Source: an uncultured delta proteobacterium (GTDB lineage: Bacteria > Myxococcota > Myxococcia > Myxococcales > Anaeromyxobacteraceae). From it: DNA of 64,000 nt. Location: assembly GCA_963845515.1 (NCBI GenBank), contig CAWJSR010000017.1:1-64000 (forward strand), written 5' to 3'. The position numbers were made by a program, and so were the translations under genes. Within the stretch, counting starts at the first letter, position 1. Every line of letters begins with the position of its first letter. The notes beneath the pieces were generated by a model. The model searched no databases, was not told the DNA's origin, and saw only the letters and a list, made by a program, of their open reading frames with translations. Positions 57,164 to 64,000 of the stretch are shown here, one piece after another.

Positions 57164-57549
57164 AGATCTGTGTGATGCTGCCGCACCCCCGCCGGGTGTG
57201 TGGCTGCAACACCTGAGCATACCCCGCGAGTCGCCAGGGGCCGAGACCACGCTCCAGCGCCGCCATTTCCGCCAAGGATAATGGGGCTCCGGAAGTCGCG
57301 GCCGAGAGGAGGAGGCGGCCCCCGGGACGTCGTGCAGGACTCATCGTCAAGATTCATGCGGGCCGCCGCGGTGCGGCCTCCGCCGTCCGGGACGCGATCC
57401 GCTGGGGCAGGGCGGACCCCCGTGGGTCACCGTAAACCGTCGAGTCGAGCGGCTTTCGGCCGGCCGGCCGAAAGCCGGCCACTGGCTCGCCCGGAAGGGC
57501 GCGGGATCATTCGGATGGTTCGGGCGTCGAAGCTGCATCGCCTCTGCCG

Positions 57550-57755
57550 ATGCGCACGCTCATGATCCTGTTCCTCACCGCAGCGCAGCCCGCGCAGGCA
57601 CCCGCCGAGCGAGCGCCTGTCGAAGACCCGGCAGCCGTCGCTCGAAGAGGTCTCGCGGTGGCGTCACGCGGAGACCCCGCGATAGCCGACGTGCAGGCTG
57701 CGGCGGCGCGCTGCTCGGACCCCACGATCTCGCAGGGCGCCGACGTCGGGCGCGG
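57550..57755 (+). CDS. Hypothetical exported protein, truncated at junction
   Basis: [13 protein letters not shown]... signal-like start; frame runs into the antisense of clpB. Confidence 0.45.
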
Positions 57756-59078
<1,323 letters not shown>

Positions 59079-59171
59079 GCACTACTCCCCGGACCGGTTA
59101 TCTGGGTCATCGCACGCCCCGGCCCGTCATCTGAGCCGTGGCCCGCGACCCGGGGGGCCGCGGCTCGCCGG

Positions 59172-59387
59172 TCAGCCCTCGCTCAGCGTTCGCACCAGAA
59201 CCCAGACAGCGCCGACGAGGACGACGAGCGCCACGCCCGACGTGAGCCAGGCCATCGGATCATCCGCGGCCTCGCCGAAGTCGTGCAGAAAAGCATACAG
59301 GCGCAGGGCCGCGAGCGCGGCCACCACCGTGCCGCCCACCAGGCGGACGACTTCGCCCGCCCCGAGTTCCCCTGGTCGATCCGTCAC
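59172..59387 (-). CDS. Small two-TM membrane protein downstream of the oxidase
   Basis: 71 aa with two hydrophobic helices; co-oriented with cbaA. Confidence 0.5.
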   Translation of the reverse strand: MTDRPGELGAGEVVRLVGGTVVAALAALRLYAFLHDFGEAADDPMAWLTSGVALVVLVGAVWVLVRTLSEG

Positions 59388-59418
59388 GACGGTGTCACGC
59401 CCCTCTCCCCCGGCACCG

Positions 59419-61092
59419 CTACCAGGGCGTCAGCCCGGGCGACACGAAATTGGGCATGTAACTCAAGAAGTACGGGCCGTACGCGATCAGAATCAACACG
59501 ATGGCCAACCCGACCCACAGCCCCCAGCGATCGAGGATCGCCGCCGACTCCTGCGGGCCCGAGACGAACTCGTCGGCCACCGGCATCTCGACCACCGCGC
59601 CCTTGCGGCCGGCCAGCAACGTCCCGAGCAAGACGATCAGGAACAAGCTGCCGGAGATGAACATTACCGATCCACCGACTGCGGTCATCCAGTGCGACGT
59701 CTGCCATGCCGGCAGGTTCTGGCCGTATCCCAGCTGCGACACGTTCAATCGCCGCGGCATCCCGTCCAGCCCGCCGTTAACCTGTCCCCAGGAGAAAGTG
59801 AACACGCCGGCCAGCCACAACCACGCCTGCGCGAGCGCCATCTTACGACCCCACAGCTCGCGCCCGGTCAGGTGCGGCACCAGCCAATAGGCGATGCCCA
59901 TGAACGACAGCGCCACGGCGGTGCCCACCGTCAGGTGAAAGTGCCCGGGGACCCAGGCGGTGTTGTGGATCACGAGGTTCACGGTGTAGCTCGCGTTCAC
60001 CAGGCCGCTGATGCCGCCCAGCACGAAGCCGCACATCGCCAGCAATTGCGCCACGACGCTCGGGTCGCCCCAGGGCAGCTTGCCGATCCACCCGAGCAGG
60101 CCCTTGCCGCCAGCCCGCCGCCCGCCGCTCTCCAACGAGGCCATGACCGAGAACGCCGTGATCATGCTGGGGAAGAAGATGGCGAACGTCATCACGGCCT
60201 GGACGGCCTTCATCGTCTGGTTGATGCCCGGGTCGGTGTACTGGTGGTGGAACCCGGTCGGGATCGACAGGATCACGAACAGAATGAACGTAAGCCGCAC
60301 CAGTCCGTCGGACAGGATCTTGCCGCCGACCTGCTTGGGAATCATGGTGTACCACGAGACATAGGCCGGCAGCAGCCAGAAGTAGACGAGGGGGTGCCCG
60401 CTGAACCAGAACAGCACGCGTGCGAGCTGCGGGTCGATGTTGTCGATCATCCCCAACGACCAGGGCAGGAGCAGCACGAGCACTTCCACCGCCAGGCCGA
60501 GCGATGCGATGAACCACATGAGGTAGGTCGCGATGACGCCGAACGCCTGCAGCGGCACGCGCTCACCCGGATGGTCCTTGCGCCAGCCGCGGTACGACAA
60601 CCACACGTTCAGGGCCACCAGCCACGTGCTGACGACGACGAGCACCAGTCCCAGATAGTAGATCCAGGTCGCCTTGAGCGGCGGATACATGGTGTACAGC
60701 ACACTGGCCTGGTTGGCGATAATCTGCCAAATTGCCATCAGCGTGCCCACGACGAACAGGATGAAGGCGCCCAGATGCAGCGCGGGGATTGGCCGGCGAT
60801 CGACCGATCGGGCCATCACCATGGTCATGAACCCGTTTGCGAACGCGATGGTGAAGGCGAGCGCCAACAACACGCCGTGCGCGCTCAGACCCTGGTAGTA
60901 ACTCTCCTGCATGGGGAAGTACGTCCACAGCGACGTCTTGGCCGGCATCACCCGGTCGAGGGCCTGCGCCAGGCCGGCCAGGATGCCCATCGCGAAGAAC
61001 GCGAACGACAGCAGGATGTGCCAGGTGATGATCCGCACGTCGCGTCGCGCGAGGTACGGCGCCGCGAGGGCGGCACTGGTTGCCTGGATCAT
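59419..61092 (-). CDS. cbaA: ba3-type (B-family) cytochrome c oxidase subunit I
   Basis: HGVLLA, LYTMYPPL, WFSGHPLVYFW, GFHHQY, WVPGHFH, GMPRR. Confidence 0.93.
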   Translation of the reverse strand: MIQATSAALAAPYLARRDVRIITWHILLSFAFFAMGILAGLAQALDRVMPAKTSLWTYFPMQESYYQGLSAHGVLLALAFTIAFANGFMTMVMARSVDRRPIPALHLGAFILFVVGTLMAIWQIIANQASVLYTMYPPLKATWIYYLGLVLVVVSTWLVALNVWLSYRGWRKDHPGERVPLQAFGVIATYLMWFIASLGLAVEVLVLLLPWSLGMIDNIDPQLARVLFWFSGHPLVYFWLLPAYVSWYTMIPKQVGGKILSDGLVRLTFILFVILSIPTGFHHQYTDPGINQTMKAVQAVMTFAIFFPSMITAFSVMASLESGGRRAGGKGLLGWIGKLPWGDPSVVAQLLAMCGFVLGGISGLVNASYTVNLVIHNTAWVPGHFHLTVGTAVALSFMGIAYWLVPHLTGRELWGRKMALAQAWLWLAGVFTFSWGQVNGGLDGMPRRLNVSQLGYGQNLPAWQTSHWMTAVGGSVMFISGSLFLIVLLGTLLAGRKGAVVEMPVADEFVSGPQESAAILDRWGLWVGLAIVLILIAYGPYFLSYMPNFVSPGLTPW

Positions 61093-61637
61093 CAGGACTC
61101 GCCTCCCCTGGTCTGGGTCACTCGATCCGCCGCGCGGCGATCGGGTCTGGCGGACGACGACGGAGGCGACGCCTCGACGACGACCTTGGCGCTCATCGCC
61201 TGGTGCCCGGTACCGCAGTACTCGTGGCACGCGATCAGGTACTCACCGGGCTCGTCGAAGGTGTGCCGAACGGTGGACACCTCTCCCGGCACGACCATGA
61301 CGTTGACGTCGGTGCCGCGGATCAGGAAGCCGTGGATGATGTCGATGGACGCAACCTGGAAGGTCACGTTGGCCCCGACCGGCACCGTGATCACTGCCGG
61401 CTGGAAGAACCACGTGCGGGCCACGATCGTGGCCAGATACTCGCCGGGAGCGGTCTCCACCACGCCCGGGTCGTTCCAGGGCGCTTGATCGAGCATCGTG
61501 CTCGGGTCGACCCTGCCCGTCGGCCCGGGCACCGTGATGTCGTGGGCACGGACGGCGAAGATCAGGAAGACACCGAATACGAGCAGCATAACGGCGGTGA
61601 GACCGAGGAACACCTTCTCGTAGAAATCGATCTTCAT
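61092..61637 (-). CDS. cbaB: ba3-type cytochrome c oxidase subunit II (CuA)
   Basis: One TM segment, DIIHGF, CHEYCGTGHQAM. Confidence 0.93.
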   Translation of the reverse strand: MKIDFYEKVFLGLTAVMLLVFGVFLIFAVRAHDITVPGPTGRVDPSTMLDQAPWNDPGVVETAPGEYLATIVARTWFFQPAVITVPVGANVTFQVASIDIIHGFLIRGTDVNVMVVPGEVSTVRHTFDEPGEYLIACHEYCGTGHQAMSAKVVVEASPPSSSARPDRRAADRVTQTRGGES

Positions 61638-61640
61638 GGC

Positions 61641-61919
61641 CTAGACCCGCCCGAGCATCATGAGATAGAGGTAGCCCCACATGGCCACGATCAACACGAG
61701 GAACAGCAGCATCAGGAACAGCGTGCCCCGCGGGTGCGCATCCTCCCCGTGGTCGACGGCTCCCGGTAGTACAGCGGCTACTGCTGGCGCAGCGGCTACT
61801 GCTGGCGCAGCGGCTACTGCTGGCGCAGCGGCTCCCGCTGGCACAGCGGCTCCCGGTGGCGCAGCCGATCCCGGTGCCACAGCGGCTCCCGGTGGCGCGG
61901 CGGCCTGCTTCCGGCTCAA
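61641..61919 (-). CDS. cbaD: ba3 oxidase subunit IIa with Ala/Pro-repeat N-terminal extension
   Basis: HPRGTLFLMLLFLVLIVAMWGYLYLMMLGR directly upstream of cbaB; RBS GGAGGGGG. Confidence 0.75.
   Translation of the reverse strand: MSRKQAAAPPGAAVAPGSAAPPGAAVPAGAAAPAVAAAPAVAAAPAVAAVLPGAVDHGEDAHPRGTLFLMLLFLVLIVAMWGYLYLMMLGRV
61756..61899. repeat. 18-bp tandem repeat, 8 copies (coding)
   Basis: GCGGCTACTGCTGGCGCA three times exactly, plus five variants. Confidence 0.85.
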
Positions 61920-62047
61920 GGTCCCCCCTCCTTCCTGGTGCGGTCCACGTGCGCACCAGCAACCATCCGACGCGGAAATCCCGTGCCGGTCGCCGAACTA
62001 CGATATGCGAACCTCCTGCTCGAGGCAAGCGTCACGGGCCGTGGCCC

Positions 62048-63036
62048 TTACGCCGGGCGCAGCGCGCGCAAGCGCTCGAACAGCCCACGCTCTTCGTCGC
62101 TCAGGGCGCCGGGCAGTCGCACCCGCACGGTGACGTACAGGTCGCCGTGGGTGGACGGCTTCTTGAGCGCCGGCATCCCCTTGCCGGTCAGCCGGAACCG
62201 CCGCCCGTTCTGCGTCTCGGGCGGGACGGTGAGCACGAGATCGCCGGTCGGCGTCGGAACGTGCGCCTCGCCCCCGAGAACGGCCACGACCAGCGGGACC
62301 TCGACCTCGGTCGCAAGATCGTCGCCGGTGCGAGTGAAACGCGGATCCTCGAGCACCTCGATCACGAGGTACAGGTCACCGGGGCGCCCGCCCGCCGCGG
62401 CCGCCCCTTCGCCGGCCACGCGCACCTTCGATCCGGTGCGCACCCCCGGTGGGATGGTGACCTCGAGCCGCCGGCCGTCCTTGTTGAGCAGTCGCTTGCC
62501 GCCGGTATACGCCTCGGCCAGTGTAACCTGGACCGGGTGCCGGATGTCGGTACCGGCGATCGAGCGCCCGCCGGGTGATCTCCCGCCCGCGGACCGAGCA
62601 CCCGACGGCCCGGCGCCGCGCATCGATGGACCCGCGCGGCCGCGCCCGAACAGCGCCTCGAAGAAGTCCGAGAAGCCGCCGAGGCCCCCGGTTCCGGAAG
62701 CCCCGAACAGCGCCTCCAGGTCTTCGGCCGTGGCGTACTGGACGCCCGGCGCTCCCGGGCCTGCCCCCAGGCGCCCCAGTCGAAGCCCTCCGGCGCACTG
62801 CCGCTCTGGTGGTTCTGCCAGGCCCGGCCAAAGCGGTCGTACTTCTCCCGCTTGGCAGGATCGCCCAGCACCTCGTACGCCTCGGCCACGTCCTTGAAGC
62901 GCGACTCGGCGCCGGCATCGCCGGGGTTGACGTCGGGATGCAGCTCGCGCGCCAGCTTGCGGAAGGCGCGCTTGATCTGCTTCGCATCGGCGTCCCTCGG
63001 CACGCCCAGGACGGCATAGTAGTCCTTGTAGTCCAC
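62048..63036 (-). CDS. Class II DnaJ/CbpA-like co-chaperone (indel near 62770)
   Basis: [11 protein letters not shown]...[27 protein letters not shown]; no zinc finger. Confidence 0.9.
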
Positions 63037-63239
63037 CCCTGCCCTCGCTTTGCCCCTGGTTCCAGCACCGCTCCGCGCCACCGGTCGCCCCCTCGCATGG
63101 ACAAGCCTGCGGGGCCTGGATGGGCACCGCAGGGCGCCCCACTGCACTACAATATGCCCTGCCATTGCAGCAAGGACATATTATCATCGCCGTGTCAGAT
63201 CAATGCTACCGCCACGTTAGCGCCGTATCAGAGGCCGCG

Positions 63240-64000
63240 ATGACGAGACCAGACCGATTCGGGCCGGAGGGGTCCTCGGGGGGTGATGCGTACTGGACGG
63301 GTGATGTGTCGCCGGCGGGCGAGGCGTACTCGGTGGGCGACGCGTCCCGGGCGGACGACGCGTCCTCGGTGGGCGAGGCGTCCTGGGCGGGTGATGTCTC
63401 GCCGGCGGGTGAGGCGTCCTCGGCGGGCGACGCGTCCTCCGTGGGCGACACTTCCCGGGCGGGCGACGCATCCCCGGCGAGTGAGACGTCGCCGGCGGGC
63501 GATGAGTCCCCGGCGGGCGATGCGTCCTCGCCCGCCGACCAGATCGTCCCGCCAGCCCGCCAGCCGCGGGCCGACAGCCTGCTATTGACCGACTACCGGC
63601 TGCAGCAGCGCGACTACCTGCTTCGCATCGCCCGGGCGATGAGCGCTCAGCTCGACCTGCGCGAGGTTCTCGCACTGGTGATCCGATCGGCGGTGCAGAT
63701 GACCCGGGGGAGAGGCCGGCGCCATCGCCATGCGCGCGGTCGGTGGCGGCGACATGCACGTCGTGGCCAGTTACCGGCTGGAGGGTCACTTCCAGGACGA
63801 TCTCGCCCCCCTCCTGGGCACCCGAGCGCCGCGCGCCGGGCCCGAGGGCGACGATCGCGCCGACGTCCCGGCAGCGGGTTGGGACCGCGCGCCGAGCGAT
63901 CGCACCGGCGCACCCATGGCCGCATGGACCCGATCGCCGGCCACGGTCGAGCACGCTCCGCAAGGCACGCGGCTGGCCACCGTCGCGCGTCAGGCAGCGC
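63240..64000 (+). CDS. GAF-containing sensor (probable histidine kinase), N-terminal part; runs off window
   Basis: After the repeat region it reads DYRLQQRDYLLRIARAMSAQLDLREVLALVIRSAVQMT, resembling the N-terminus of Chloroflexota GAF/PAS kinases. Confidence 0.65.
   Translation, partial: MTRPDRFGPEGSSGGDAYWTGDVSPAGEAYSVGDASRADDASSVGEASWAGDVSPAGEASSAGDASSVGDTSRAGDASPASETSPAGDESPAGDASSPADQIVPPARQPRADSLLLTDYRLQQRDYLLRIARAMSAQLDLREVLALVIRSAVQMTRGRGRRHRHARGRWRRHARRGQLPAGGSLPGRSRPPPGHPSAARRARGRRSRRRPGSGLGPRAERSHRRTHGRMDPIAGHGRARSARHAAGHRRASGS
63282..63533. repeat. 18-bp tandem repeat, 14 copies, encoding G(D/E)xSxA hexapeptides
   Basis: GDAYWT GDVSPA GEAYSV GDASRA DDASSV GEASWA GDVSPA GEASSA GDASSV GDTSRA GDASPA SETSPA GDESPA GDASSP. 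Confidence 0.88.

Noticed and set aside
63037..63240. CIRCE/HAIR/CtsR operator upstream of dnaJ
   Set aside because: Only a partial TTAGC match, with no inverted repeat at the right spacing.
63282..63533. CRISPR array
   Set aside because: Contiguous 18-bp degenerate units with no spacers, codon-phased, and no cas genes.

Overview
This is very high-GC sequence with many single-base indels, typical of long reads. It appears to be three unrelated genomic fragments joined end to end, because genes are cut mid-domain at about 39,800 and about 57,755. Fragment A (1 to ~39,800) looks actinobacterial, probably Thermoleophilia-like (inference). It carries a DUF4388 protein with a degenerate GTPase-like tail, an MFS transporter, dhaKLM with a full DhaM-HPr-EI fusion, an FMN reductase, a GbsB-like Fe-ADH, an FSA-type aldolase, a molybdopterin oxidoreductase with a 4Fe-4S partner, dacB, Ku-LigD, a NarL-type regulator, a double zinc-finger protein, a large secreted ten-blade propeller protein, an acyltransferase, TetR-cysM, a Tat-type MBL hydrolase, pyk, an AlkB-like oxygenase, a complete IS481, an M20 amidohydrolase, a quinone oxidoreductase and pepE-DUF1611. 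Fragment B (~39,800 to ~57,755) resembles Anaeromyxobacter/Myxococcota: an argJ-argB fusion, argC with ARG boxes, tRNA-Leu(CAG), dsbD, iscSUA-hscBA-fdx, a REP-like element, and a chemosensory cluster (response regulator, GAF protein, cheD, cheA, cheR, cheB) lacking MCP and CheW. Fragment C (~57,755 to 64,000) resembles Chloroflexota: truncated clpB, a ba3-type oxidase operon, a class II DnaJ, and a GAF sensor with 18-bp tandem repeats. I saw no CRISPR array, rRNA or prophage. The best leads for something undescribed are the DUF4388-pseudoGTPase fusion, a structured intergenic element at 10.15-10.48 kb, the FSA plus self-contained DHA-PTS module, and the receptor-less Che cluster. All family and taxon assignments come from motif recognition by eye; no database searches were run.
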